Below, piece after piece: positions 55,368-64,000 of a stretch of DNA of 64,000 nt; position 1 is the stretch's first letter; every line of letters begins with the position of its first letter. The DNA comes from a bacterium (GTDB taxonomy: Bacteria > Oederibacteriota > PGYV01). The notes below the pieces were generated by a model that saw only the letters and a program-made list of their open reading frames with translations, did not search any database and had not been told where the DNA came from. The stretch spans positions 22,542 to 86,541 of the forward strand of contig JAKQNO010000070.1 of the NCBI GenBank assembly GCA_029565735.1, read 5' to 3'. The translations under genes were made by a program, and so were the position numbers.

Positions 55368-55388
55368 AAGCGGGCAAAGGGGCGCGGT

Positions 55389-57515
55389 TTGAAGCAGGAA
55401 AGTTTTTCGGCAGAAAAGAGAATAGAGCTTGTATTGACTGTTTTTGTCTTTATTCTCGGCGTGCTTTTTATCCGTTTGCTTTTTCTGCAGGTTGTTATGC
55501 ATTCATCCCTGAAAAACCGCGCTGAAAAAGGGCAGATGTCCACGGTTAAAAAACAGATAGGCAGGGGCGCCATATATGACCGTTCGGGGCGCCAGCTTGC
55601 CATGAGTATAAAAACAGAGACCATCTGCGTCACTCCGCGCAACGTAAAGAATAAAGACCAGGCCGCGGATTTTTTAAGCAAAAAACTCGGGTTAAGCAGG
55701 CAGTATGTTTTGTCAAAGTTAAAAAGCCGCAGCGGGTTTGAATACATAAAAAGAAAAGTCCCGGCCGTCATCGCGGATGAGATTCTTGATAAAAAAATTC
55801 CAGGCGTCTTTTCACAGTCGGAAGAGAAAAGATATTATCCTTACGGCGAGATTACGGCTCACATAACCGGTTTTGCGGGCACGGACAACAAAGGCCTTGA
55901 AGGCATTGAGATGGCTTATGAAAAATACATGAGGGGAAAGCTTGGCAGGGAAGAGATACGCGTTGACGCTAAAAGAAGGCCTATTTTAATCGGTTCCAGG
56001 AAGATTAAAAAGGGCGAGCGCGGAGCGGACGTAACAACCACAATTGACGGCAATATACAGTACGCGGCATACCGCGAACTTGAAGCGACGGTAAAAAAAT
56101 CGCGCGCCAAATCCGGCAGCGTAATTGTAATGAACCCGGAAACAGGCGCGATATACGCGGCCGTAAATTATCCGTCTTATGACCCCAACACGCCTTCAAC
56201 GGCAAGCGCGGACAAAAAGAGAAACAGAATCATTACCGATATGTATGAGCCGGGTTCCACTTTCAAGATATTCACGATGTCGGCGTACCTTAAAAAGTTT
56301 CCAAATTCTGACGATGAAATAACATACTGCGGAATGGGTAAGGAAGTGTTTCAGATAGGCAAGTATCAAAGAACCGTGCATGACCACGAAAAACACGGCA
56401 ACCTGACGCACAACGAAATTATCAAAGTGTCTTCAAATATCGGAACCGTAAAACTTGCCATGAAATTAAAACCCGAAGACCTTTATAAGGAGTACCTGGC
56501 GTACGGTTTTAATTCAAAGACCGGAATTGATATGCCCGGCGAAGTGCCGGGCCTTATACGCGATTTAAGCAAATGGGACAAAGTGTCAATGACATCCGTT
56601 CCTTACGGGCAGGAAGTGGCGGTGTCTTCGCTTCAGCTTGCGCGCGCGTATGCCGCCATAGCAAACGGCGGAAAACTTGTAACGCCTTATCTTATTGAAA
56701 AAATAGTAAAAAACGGCCGCACTGTATACAGGCATAAAGTGAAAAAGCAGGACGGGCCTGCCACGGGAAAAAGAAGGGAAAAACTTGTGGCAATGCTTGA
56801 AGCTGTTATGGAAAAAGACGGGTCAGGAAAAAAAGCCGCTGTCGCGGGCTACAGGGTTGCCGGCAAGACCGGAACGGCGCAGAAACACCGCACTGACGGG
56901 AAAGGCTACGCGGCAAACAAGTATGTGGCTTCATTTATCGGATTCATGCCGGCTGACAAGCCGGAAACAGTGACCCTTGTGACAATTGACGAGCCGGAAG
57001 GTTATGTGTATTTTGGCGGCGACCTTGCGGGACCGATTTTCAGGAATTTAAACACAATGATGGCTTCGTACTTTAAGGTGCTTCCTTCGGAAACATTTAC
57101 CGCTGATGCGGAAGGCGGGGACGCGGCCCGTGAAACGGCGAAAATGCCGTCCATAAAGAAAAAGACGTTCGCGGAGGCGAAAAACCTGCTGTCCGCGGAA
57201 AAGATAAAATATCAGAGCCATGGTTTCGGCAAAATGGTTATAGCGCAGGAACCTGCCCCCGGAGAAACGCTTGGTTTTGGAAAATACGCCCAGGTTTTTC
57301 TTGGCGATGAAGCTCAGGCGGACAATGAAAAAACATATATGCCCAACGTGAAAGGCATGACGGTAAGGCGGGCTATGGAAGTGCTTCGGTTATACGGATT
57401 AAAAGCAAAATGCACAGGCAGCGGTTTTGCGGTCAGCCAGGAACCGCGCCCGGGCGTCGCGCTTAAAAAGGGCGCAATATGCACCGTGAATTTTATGATG
57501 AAGGACGGCGTATGA
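55389..57515 (+). CDS. ftsI: Class B penicillin-binding protein (FtsI/PBP3-type) with two C-terminal PASTA domains
   Basis: TTG start. Motifs STFK (EPGSTFKIF), SSN (KVSSNIG) and KTGTA. PASTA-like repeats at 57144-57503. Confidence 0.9.
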   Translation: MKQESFSAEKRIELVLTVFVFILGVLFIRLLFLQVVMHSSLKNRAEKGQMSTVKKQIGRGAIYDRSGRQLAMSIKTETICVTPRNVKNKDQAADFLSKKLGLSRQYVLSKLKSRSGFEYIKRKVPAVIADEILDKKIPGVFSQSEEKRYYPYGEITAHITGFAGTDNKGLEGIEMAYEKYMRGKLGREEIRVDAKRRPILIGSRKIKKGERGADVTTTIDGNIQYAAYRELEATVKKSRAKSGSVIVMNPETGAIYAAVNYPSYDPNTPSTASADKKRNRIITDMYEPGSTFKIFTMSAYLKKFPNSDDEITYCGMGKEVFQIGKYQRTVHDHEKHGNLTHNEIIKVSSNIGTVKLAMKLKPEDLYKEYLAYGFNSKTGIDMPGEVPGLIRDLSKWDKVSMTSVPYGQEVAVSSLQLARAYAAIANGGKLVTPYLIEKIVKNGRTVYRHKVKKQDGPATGKRREKLVAMLEAVMEKDGSGKKAAVAGYRVAGKTGTAQKHRTDGKGYAANKYVASFIGFMPADKPETVTLVTIDEPEGYVYFGGDLAGPIFRNLNTMMASYFKVLPSETFTADAEGGDAARETAKMPSIKKKTFAEAKNLLSAEKIKYQSHGFGKMVIAQEPAPGETLGFGKYAQVFLGDEAQADNEKTYMPNVKGMTVRRAMEVLRLYGLKAKCTGSGFAVSQEPRPGVALKKGAICTVNFMMKDGV

Positions 57516-58987
57516 AAACAATAAGCTGCGACAGGCTTGCCGCGCTGCTTGGCGGGGTTGTCATATCCCGCGGTAAAAGCGGCATAATAAAAGGTATTGA
57601 AGAAAATTCCGGCCTTGTAAAAAAAGGCACGGCGTTTTTCTGCGTGCCGGGTAAAACAGCAGACGGGCATAATTACGCTTTGGACGCCGAATCCCGCGGG
57701 GCTTGCTGTATTGTCGTAAGCAGGGAAGTGCCCGGCGTAAAATCCGCTTGCGTCATAAAAGTTGATGACGTAAGGGAGGCGCTTTATAAGGCCATTGATT
57801 ATTTTTACGGGCAATACAGGAAAAAAGTCCGCGTCATAGGAATAACAGGGACAAAAGGAAAAACCACAACCGCTTACCTTGCGCTTGCCATGCTTAAAGA
57901 AGCGCAGGGAAAAGAACAGGCGATGATAGGCACGGTTGAATACAGGATAGGAAAAAGGACGGTTGTTTCAAACAACACCACCCCTTCAAATCTTGCGATA
58001 CACAGGATAATAAAGGAAGCCGCGGAAAAAAAGATTAAATACCTTGTAATGGAAGTTTCAAGCCACGGGCTTGACCAGGACAGGATTAAAAATATAGAAC
58101 TTGCGTCGGCCGTTATTACGAACGTGACAAGGGACCATTTTGATTATCATAAAAATTATGAAAATTACATCGCGGCAAAGATGAAGATAATAATCAATAT
58201 AAGCAAAAACGGGGTGCTTACCATTAACACGGATGACGCGGGCGCGGTAAAATTTTTAAAGCCGGCAAAAAAAGCAGGAATTAAAGTAAATACCTGCTCT
58301 TTAAAAAATGAAGCGGATATTTACGCGGTTGAATACTCTGTTTCGCGCGGCGGTATGGAAGTAAAACTTATGGTAAACAAAAAACCGGCCGCCCTTTCCT
58401 GCGCGATGACCGGAGAACACAATATAAGCAACATAATGTGCGCTTTAAGCGCGGTTGTGAAATTTACGGGCGTAAAGGCCGCTGTAAAAGCGGTGAATAA
58501 GTTTAAAGGCGTATCCGGCAGGATGGAAATTGTATATTCGAAGGATATAACCGTAATAGTTGATTTTGCCCACACCGCGGATTCAATTGAAAAAGTGCTT
58601 GAGGTAATGAATGAGATAAAGACCGGCAGGGTCATAATGCTGTTCGGCGCCGGCGGCAATAAAGACCGCGGAAAAAGGCCCATGATGGGAGCCGCTGCCG
58701 CGAAGCTTGCGGACATTGTGGTTGTAACTTCGGATAATCCAAGGATGGAAGACCCCAAAGCAATAATAAAAGATATAACAGACGGTATTAAAAGAAAAGA
58801 CGGCATATACGTTGAACCTGACAGGAGAAAAGCGATAAAGCTTGCCGTTAACCTTGCAAAAAAAGATGACATTGTTGTGCTTGCGGGCAAAGGGCATGAA
58901 ACTTATCAGGATATTATGGGTAAAAAGGCCCATTTTTCAGACCAGGAACAGGCGCGCGCCGCTGTCAGAAACAGGGGTAAAAAATAA
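57512..58987 (+). CDS. murE: UDP-N-acetylmuramoyl-L-alanyl-D-glutamate--2,6-diaminopimelate ligase
   Basis: ATGA overlap with ftsI. GITGTKGKTT. The DNPR motif (TSDNPRMEDP) indicates meso-DAP specificity. Confidence 0.93.
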   Translation: MKTISCDRLAALLGGVVISRGKSGIIKGIEENSGLVKKGTAFFCVPGKTADGHNYALDAESRGACCIVVSREVPGVKSACVIKVDDVREALYKAIDYFYGQYRKKVRVIGITGTKGKTTTAYLALAMLKEAQGKEQAMIGTVEYRIGKRTVVSNNTTPSNLAIHRIIKEAAEKKIKYLVMEVSSHGLDQDRIKNIELASAVITNVTRDHFDYHKNYENYIAAKMKIIINISKNGVLTINTDDAGAVKFLKPAKKAGIKVNTCSLKNEADIYAVEYSVSRGGMEVKLMVNKKPAALSCAMTGEHNISNIMCALSAVVKFTGVKAAVKAVNKFKGVSGRMEIVYSKDITVIVDFAHTADSIEKVLEVMNEIKTGRVIMLFGAGGNKDRGKRPMMGAAAAKLADIVVVTSDNPRMEDPKAIIKDITDGIKRKDGIYVEPDRRKAIKLAVNLAKKDDIVVLAGKGHETYQDIMGKKAHFSDQEQARAAVRNRGKK

Positions 58988-58988
58988 T

Positions 58989-60317
58989 ATGCGCATGAAT
59001 TTAAGCGAGGTTTATTCACTTTTCGGCGCGCGGTTTAAAGATAATGATGTTCCGGTTAAGGGCGTTACCGCTGATACAAGAAACATAAAAAAAGGTTTCA
59101 TATTTTTCGCGATTAAGGGCGAAAAGAACGACGGCCATTTGTTCGCGGCCGAGGCGGTAAAAAAAGGCGCGCTTGTGTGCGTCACCGAAAAAAAGATAAA
59201 AGGGCTGCCGTGCATTGTTGTGCCTGATACAAAAGAAGCCATAATGAACCTTGGCAGGTATTACGCGGCCAAGTTCAATAACTTAAAGGCGGCCGCCATA
59301 ACGGGCAGCAACGGCAAGACCACCACAAAAGAGCTGCTTGCCGATTTTTTACAGGAAGCATACGTTACAAGGAAAAATGAAAAGAGTTTTAACAATTATC
59401 TTGGAGTGCCGCTTACATTGTTCGGGCTTGATAATAAAACGCAGGCTCTGGTCCTTGAAATGGGAATGAACCATAAAGGCGAAATTATAAAACTGGCACG
59501 GCTGGCGCCTTTGGATGCCGTGATAATAACGAATATAGGCCGCGCCCATATAGGTAATATGGGAAGCCGGGACGCGATAGCCGGGGCAAAAGCCGAAATA
59601 TTTGAAGGTTTAAAAAAAGGCGGAACCGCAGTGCTTAACGGGGATGACGGTTATTTTAAGTTTTTAAGCGCGAAAGCCGGACATAAGGTTGTAAGCTTTG
59701 GAACCGGTTTAAAGGCGGATTACAGGATTTCATCCGTGAAAGAGTCCGTGTCAGGGACAAAGTTTTCGCTTAACGGGATAAAGATGGATACAAAATTAAA
59801 AGGCATTCATAATATTTATAATATAGCCGCTGCAGCGGCCGCGGCGGGCGTGCTTGGCGTGGATTTAAAGAAGGTCAAAAAAGCGCTTAAAACTTTTTCC
59901 ATGCGCGGCCTGATGAGGTTTGAAGAAATTAAGGTTAAAGGCGCAAGCGTCATAAACGACAGTTATAACGCCAATCCGGATTCATACGCGGCTTCGCTTA
60001 TGGCTTTAAAACAGATGAAAAGAAAGAACCTTGTAATAGTGTCCGGAGACATGCTGGAACTTGGAAAAAACTCGCGCGCGATGCACACAGAGACAGGCGC
60101 AAAGATAGCGCAAATTAAACCTTCGGCGCTTTTGATATACGGGGAGTTCGCGCGTGATGTTGAAAAAGGATATTTAAAAAGCGGCGGCAAAGCAAAACCG
60201 GAATGTTTTACCGATTTGCAGCAGCTTAAAAAGGCTTTGATGCCTTGTTTAAAGAAGGGCAACACTGTTTTCCTTAAAGGTTCCAGGGGAAACAAACTTG
60301 AAGAATTAATTAAATAA
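58989..60317 (+). CDS. murF: UDP-N-acetylmuramoyl-tripeptide--D-alanyl-D-alanine ligase
   Basis: ATG lies 2 nt after the murE stop; the ORF-track start 58842 is inside murE. ITGSNGKTTTK. Confidence 0.9.
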   Translation: MRMNLSEVYSLFGARFKDNDVPVKGVTADTRNIKKGFIFFAIKGEKNDGHLFAAEAVKKGALVCVTEKKIKGLPCIVVPDTKEAIMNLGRYYAAKFNNLKAAAITGSNGKTTTKELLADFLQEAYVTRKNEKSFNNYLGVPLTLFGLDNKTQALVLEMGMNHKGEIIKLARLAPLDAVIITNIGRAHIGNMGSRDAIAGAKAEIFEGLKKGGTAVLNGDDGYFKFLSAKAGHKVVSFGTGLKADYRISSVKESVSGTKFSLNGIKMDTKLKGIHNIYNIAAAAAAAGVLGVDLKKVKKALKTFSMRGLMRFEEIKVKGASVINDSYNANPDSYAASLMALKQMKRKNLVIVSGDMLELGKNSRAMHTETGAKIAQIKPSALLIYGEFARDVEKGYLKSGGKAKPECFTDLQQLKKALMPCLKKGNTVFLKGSRGNKLEELIK

Positions 60318-60336
60318 AATATATCAATAAAAGGAT

Positions 60337-61428
60337 GTGGCAGGCATGTTCTATCATTTGATATACCCGTTAAGCGCCCAGTTTTCCGCCCTTAACATTT
60401 TCAGGTATATTACCGTGCGTTCGGCTTTTGCCGCGATTACGGCTTTTATTATCACCCTTATTATCGGCAATTTTGTGATAGACACATTAAGAAAGATGAA
60501 GATAGGCCAGGTGGTCAGGGAAGACGGCCCGAAAAAGCACCTTGAAAAACAGGGCACGCCGACAATGGGCGGCATAATGATTCTGTTCTCTGTGGTTGTT
60601 TCAATGCTTCTGTGGGGAAGGTTTGACAACGAATACGTGTATATCACCCTTTTCGCGTGCGTGTGGTTTGCGGGAATCGGGCTTCTTGACGACATGCTGA
60701 AACTTAAAATAGGAACTAAAGGTTTAAGCGGGCGGTGGAAGATTGTGCTTCAGTTTGCCGGCGCGTTTGCCATTACCGCGTATTATCTTCATATTGAAAG
60801 CGGCAGGCCTTATGCATCGCAGGTCGGCATTCCGTTCATTAAACAGGTGATGGTGCTGCCTTTCTGGGCGTATTTTATCTTTGGCGGCGTGCTTATTTCC
60901 GGATGGTCCAACGCAGTTAACCTTACGGACGGCCTTGACGGGCTGGCCAGCGGGCTTTCTTTATTTGTCTTCGCGGCGCTTGTCGTGCTGGCGTATATAA
61001 TAGGAAACATGAATTTTTCATCATACCTTATACTGACATACGTCCCTAAAGCGGGCGAACTTGCGGTCTTTGGCGCCGCCTTTGCCGGCGCGCTTTTGGG
61101 TTTTCTGTGGTTCAACGCGTATCCGGCTCAGGTATTTATGGGCGATGTCGGCGCCCTTATGTTAGGAGGAGTAATAGGAACAATAGCAATGCTTATTAAA
61201 CAGGAAATCCTGCTTTTGATACTTGGATTGGTATTTGTGGCGGAGGTGTTATCCGTAATCCTTCAGGTAACCTCCTATAAACTTACAAAGAAAAGAATAT
61301 TTAAAATGGCCCCGCTTCACCACCATTTTCAGTTAAAAGGCGTGTCGGAGCCGAAAATCATAGTGCGTTTCTGGATAGCGGCGGTTATTGTGCTGCTGTT
61401 CACGTTAAGCACGCTGAAGTTAAGGTGA
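60337..61428 (+). CDS. mraY: Phospho-N-acetylmuramoyl-pentapeptide transferase
   Basis: GTG 60337 (alternative ATG at 60346). 'KQGTPTMGG', 'GLLDD', 'NAVNLTDGLDGLA', 'FMGDVGAL', 'APLHHHF'. Confidence 0.95.
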   Translation: MAGMFYHLIYPLSAQFSALNIFRYITVRSAFAAITAFIITLIIGNFVIDTLRKMKIGQVVREDGPKKHLEKQGTPTMGGIMILFSVVVSMLLWGRFDNEYVYITLFACVWFAGIGLLDDMLKLKIGTKGLSGRWKIVLQFAGAFAITAYYLHIESGRPYASQVGIPFIKQVMVLPFWAYFIFGGVLISGWSNAVNLTDGLDGLASGLSLFVFAALVVLAYIIGNMNFSSYLILTYVPKAGELAVFGAAFAGALLGFLWFNAYPAQVFMGDVGALMLGGVIGTIAMLIKQEILLLILGLVFVAEVLSVILQVTSYKLTKKRIFKMAPLHHHFQLKGVSEPKIIVRFWIAAVIVLLFTLSTLKLR

Positions 61429-62798
61429 CGGCGATGGATATAAACGGCAAAAATGTTGTGGTGCTTGGAGCAGGCAAAAGCGGCGTTTCCGCGGCTGTCC
61501 TGGCAAAAAAGAAAGGCGCCGCGAAAGTTGTTTTAAGCGATGTAAAACCAAAGGCCAAAATGGAACAGAATGCGGCTGACCTTGAAGCTATGGGTATTGA
61601 AATAGAAGCCGGCGGCCACGGTAATGAAACAATTCTGAACGCGGATATGATTGTGGTAAGCCCGGGAGTCCCGCTTGCCGGAGAATGGCATGACATGGCA
61701 AAAAGGCACAATAAGGAAGTTGTGGGCGAAATAGAATTCGCGTACGGGTTTATGGGAAAAGGCGTAAAAATAGTCGGAATAACAGGGACGAACGGCAAGA
61801 CAACCGTCACCACTCTGACCAATGAAATATTTAAGTCCCAGCTTGGGGACAAGGCCGTGCTTGCCGGCAACATAGGCATACCTTTCTGCGACGTGGTCTG
61901 CGAAAAAAAGGATTATACCCACGTTATTATGGAAATAAGCAGCTTTCAGCTTGATACTATAAAGGAATTTAAAACAGATGCCGCGGTTATTCTTAACATA
62001 ACAGACGACCACCTTGACAGGTACGAATCAATGCAGGCTTACGCCGAATCAAAAGCCAGGATATTTTTAAACCACGGACCCGAAGATGTGCTTGTGTTAA
62101 ACAGAAGCGACAGGTTCACCGAAATAATGGCGTCAATGTCCGCGTCGCGTAAGCTGTATTTTTCCGCTTACGCGGAATCGGATGACTGTTATTTTTTCGC
62201 GGATAACGCTTACTATAAAAAGATAAACGGGAAAAAAGAAAAAATCTTTTCCGCTGAAGGAATTAAACTTATAGGAAAGCATAATACTGAAAATATTCTG
62301 GCATGCCTGGCGCTGGCTGAAGCTTGCGGCCTTGACATGAAAAAAGCGGAAGAAACCATAAAGGGTTTTAAGGGCCTTCCGCACAGGATAGAACTTGTGG
62401 CTGAAGCCGCGGGAAAAAAATTTTACGATGATTCCAAAGGCACCAATGTTGACGCGGTTATCCGCGCGCTTGAAACATTTGACAGGCCGCTTGCCTTAAT
62501 ACTTGGCGGCAGGGAGAAAAACACCGACTTTGGACAGCTGAAAAAAGTGCTTCCTAAAAACGTAAAAACGATAATAGCGCTTGGCGAGAACAGGGACAAA
62601 ATCGAGGGCGTTTTCGCGGATGTTGTGCCTGTTGTAAAATGCGCTTCAATGGAAGAGGCGGTAAACGCCGGCTATTCCCTTGATGTTGAAGTGGTGCTGC
62701 TTTCGCCGGCGTGCGCAAGTTTTGACCTGTTTAAAAGCTACGCCCACAGGGGCGATGAATTTAAAAAATATGTTTTAAAGGCGGCAAATAATGGCTAA
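61425..62798 (+). CDS. murD: UDP-N-acetylmuramoylalanine--D-glutamate ligase
   Basis: 'VLGAGKSG', 'GITGTNGKTT', 'DDSKGTN'. Confidence 0.93.
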   Translation: MTAMDINGKNVVVLGAGKSGVSAAVLAKKKGAAKVVLSDVKPKAKMEQNAADLEAMGIEIEAGGHGNETILNADMIVVSPGVPLAGEWHDMAKRHNKEVVGEIEFAYGFMGKGVKIVGITGTNGKTTVTTLTNEIFKSQLGDKAVLAGNIGIPFCDVVCEKKDYTHVIMEISSFQLDTIKEFKTDAAVILNITDDHLDRYESMQAYAESKARIFLNHGPEDVLVLNRSDRFTEIMASMSASRKLYFSAYAESDDCYFFADNAYYKKINGKKEKIFSAEGIKLIGKHNTENILACLALAEACGLDMKKAEETIKGFKGLPHRIELVAEAAGKKFYDDSKGTNVDAVIRALETFDRPLALILGGREKNTDFGQLKKVLPKNVKTIIALGENRDKIEGVFADVVPVVKCASMEEAVNAGYSLDVEVVLLSPACASFDLFKSYAHRGDEFKKYVLKAANNG

Positions 62799-63906
62799 AG
62801 CCGGAGTAAAAGCGCTGGACAGGGTGGACCCGGTCCTTTTGATAGATGTGCTGCTTTTAACCCTTGCAGGGCTGATTATGGTTTACAGTGCAAGTTCCGT
62901 GGTCAGTTATGAAAGTTACGGCGATTCGGCGTACTATTTTAAAAAGCAGCTTGGCTGGGCGTTTTTGGGCGTCATAGCCGCGGGTTTTCTCATGGTATAT
63001 GAGCCGGAGAAAATGAAAAAAATGATACCGGCGCTGTTTGTGGCATCTTTAATTATGGTTTTTATCGTGCATATACCCGGATTCGGAAGAAAAGTGGGCG
63101 GCGCGGTGCGCTGGCTTAAACTGCCGGGGCTTCCCGCTGTGCAGCCCTTTGAATTTGTAAAACTTTTTTATGCCATGTATCTGGCGCTGATTTTCAGCGA
63201 TGAAAGAGCGCCGTTTAAAAAAGTGTTCGTTAAATCGCTGTGGATTACCGGCATTGTCTGCTTTGGGCTTATACTTCAGAGGGACCTTGGAGGGACATTT
63301 ATAATAATGGCGCTGTTTCTGATTATGACGCTTATTTCAGGCGCGCCGCTTAAGATTTTTGCAATTACAATACCCGCGGTAATTGCAGTGGTGGCGGGGC
63401 TTATTATCGTGGAGCCTTACAGGATGAAGAGGATTTTTGTATACCTTGACCCGTGGAAAGATTATTTTGGCGCGGGATGGCAGACGGCTCAGTCGCTTAT
63501 CGCCATCGGCACCGGAGGGGTATTCGGGATGGGGCTTTCGCAGGGGCAGCAGAAATTTTTGTATCTGCCGACGCCGCATACGGATTATATATATTCAATT
63601 GTAGGCGAGGAAATCGGCTTTATAGGCGCCGCTCTTGTGGCGGGGATGTTTTTTGTGTTCTTATGGAGAGGCTGCGCGGTCGCGATAAACGCCAGGGACA
63701 GGTTTTTAAAACTTCTTGCCTGCGCCGTGACTTTCATGATAGGCGTGCAGGCGTTTACGAACATGGGAGTCGCCACAGGAATACTTCCGCCTAAAGGCAC
63801 AACGCTGCCGTTTTTCAGCGCCGGCGGGTCGTCGCTTTTAATTTCGCTTATGGCGGCCGGGATACTGCTTGGGGTTTCCAGGAAAGTTTTTGGAGAAAAT
63901 AAATGA
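62791..63906 (+). CDS. ftsW: SEDS-family peptidoglycan glycosyltransferase FtsW
   Basis: 10 TM helices. '[21 protein letters not shown]', '[10 protein letters not shown]'. dcw position. Confidence 0.9.
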   Translation: MAKAGVKALDRVDPVLLIDVLLLTLAGLIMVYSASSVVSYESYGDSAYYFKKQLGWAFLGVIAAGFLMVYEPEKMKKMIPALFVASLIMVFIVHIPGFGRKVGGAVRWLKLPGLPAVQPFEFVKLFYAMYLALIFSDERAPFKKVFVKSLWITGIVCFGLILQRDLGGTFIIMALFLIMTLISGAPLKIFAITIPAVIAVVAGLIIVEPYRMKRIFVYLDPWKDYFGAGWQTAQSLIAIGTGGVFGMGLSQGQQKFLYLPTPHTDYIYSIVGEEIGFIGAALVAGMFFVFLWRGCAVAINARDRFLKLLACAVTFMIGVQAFTNMGVATGILPPKGTTLPFFSAGGSSLLISLMAAGILLGVSRKVFGENK

Positions 63907-64000
63907 AAGTGATATTCGCGTGCGGCGGGACAGGCGGCCATATTTATCCTGCGCTTGCCATAGCGGAAAGCCTTAAGAAAAAGGCTGATAATTTTGAAGC
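63903..64000 (+). CDS. murG: UDP-GlcNAc:lipid I GlcNAc transferase MurG (5' part; runs off the window)
   Basis: ATGA overlap with ftsW. '[22 protein letters not shown]'. Confidence 0.85.
   Translation, partial: MKVIFACGGTGGHIYPALAIAESLKKKADNFE

Noticed and set aside
1-64000. tRNA, rRNA, tmRNA, RNase P or SRP RNA genes
   Set aside because: Scanning the intergenic regions by eye, I found no T-arm GGTTCGAAT-like box in a cloverleaf context and no other recognisable RNA signatures. A covariance-model scan is needed to be sure.

Overview
This is a 64-kb chromosomal window from a diderm bacterium, probably an uncultivated lineage, though I cannot assign it from sequence alone. The diderm call rests on outer-membrane barrels, an LPS-type GT9 enzyme, lipoprotein-maturation genes and T9SS-style C-terminal sorting domains. 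Almost every gene is on the + strand and many are translationally coupled.

Layout:
- 0-5 kb: an envelope-glycan operon (GT39-like membrane glycosyltransferase, WecA/MraY-family transferase, UDP-galactopyranose-mutase-like flavoenzyme, GT4).
- 5-8.3 kb: four exported envelope proteins (small outer-membrane barrel, LpoB-like lipoprotein, TPR-like lipoprotein, coiled-coil protein).
- 8.3-24.3 kb: housekeeping genes (rsgA; ileS, two inserted genes, lspA, lgt, rluD; macro domain; TusA-like; rimP-nusA-infB-rbfA-nrnA-ribF).
- 24.3-29.7 kb: accessory region. It holds a 300-bp MITE-like element, a CBS-GGDEF cyclase, and a visibly AT-rich island. The island carries a truncated wHTH remnant, a promoter with a G10 tract, a Thr-rich seven-bladed-propeller lipoprotein, a zinc-ribbon ORF and 1.36 kb of ORF-free decayed DNA.
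- 29.7-36.3 kb: flavoprotein, GT2, PorV/PorQ-like barrel, FG-GAP cargo with a sorting domain, a second PorV/PorQ-like barrel, GT9.
- 36.4-43.4 kb: secreted helical protein, M50 protease, trpS (Fe-S-type Cys motif), scpA, scpB, rluB, pheA, purM.
- 43.4-52.6 kb: two secreted clan GH-A glycoside-hydrolase-like proteins, lemA, htpX and a SpoU methyltransferase. These genes are separated by a dispersed composite intergenic repeat family.
- 52.8-64 kb: start of the dcw cluster (mraZ, STAS gene, rsmH, ftsL, ftsI, murE, murF, mraY, murD, ftsW, murG'). A STAS-domain gene is inserted between mraZ and rsmH.

I recognised no rRNA, tRNA or CRISPR array and no intact transposase or integrase. All calls come from reading the sequence and recalling motifs; no searches were run.

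The most promising leads:
- the phase-variable-looking propeller-lipoprotein locus;
- the PorV-like / sorting-domain cargo module;
- the STAS gene inside the dcw operon;
- the intergenic repeat cassette family.
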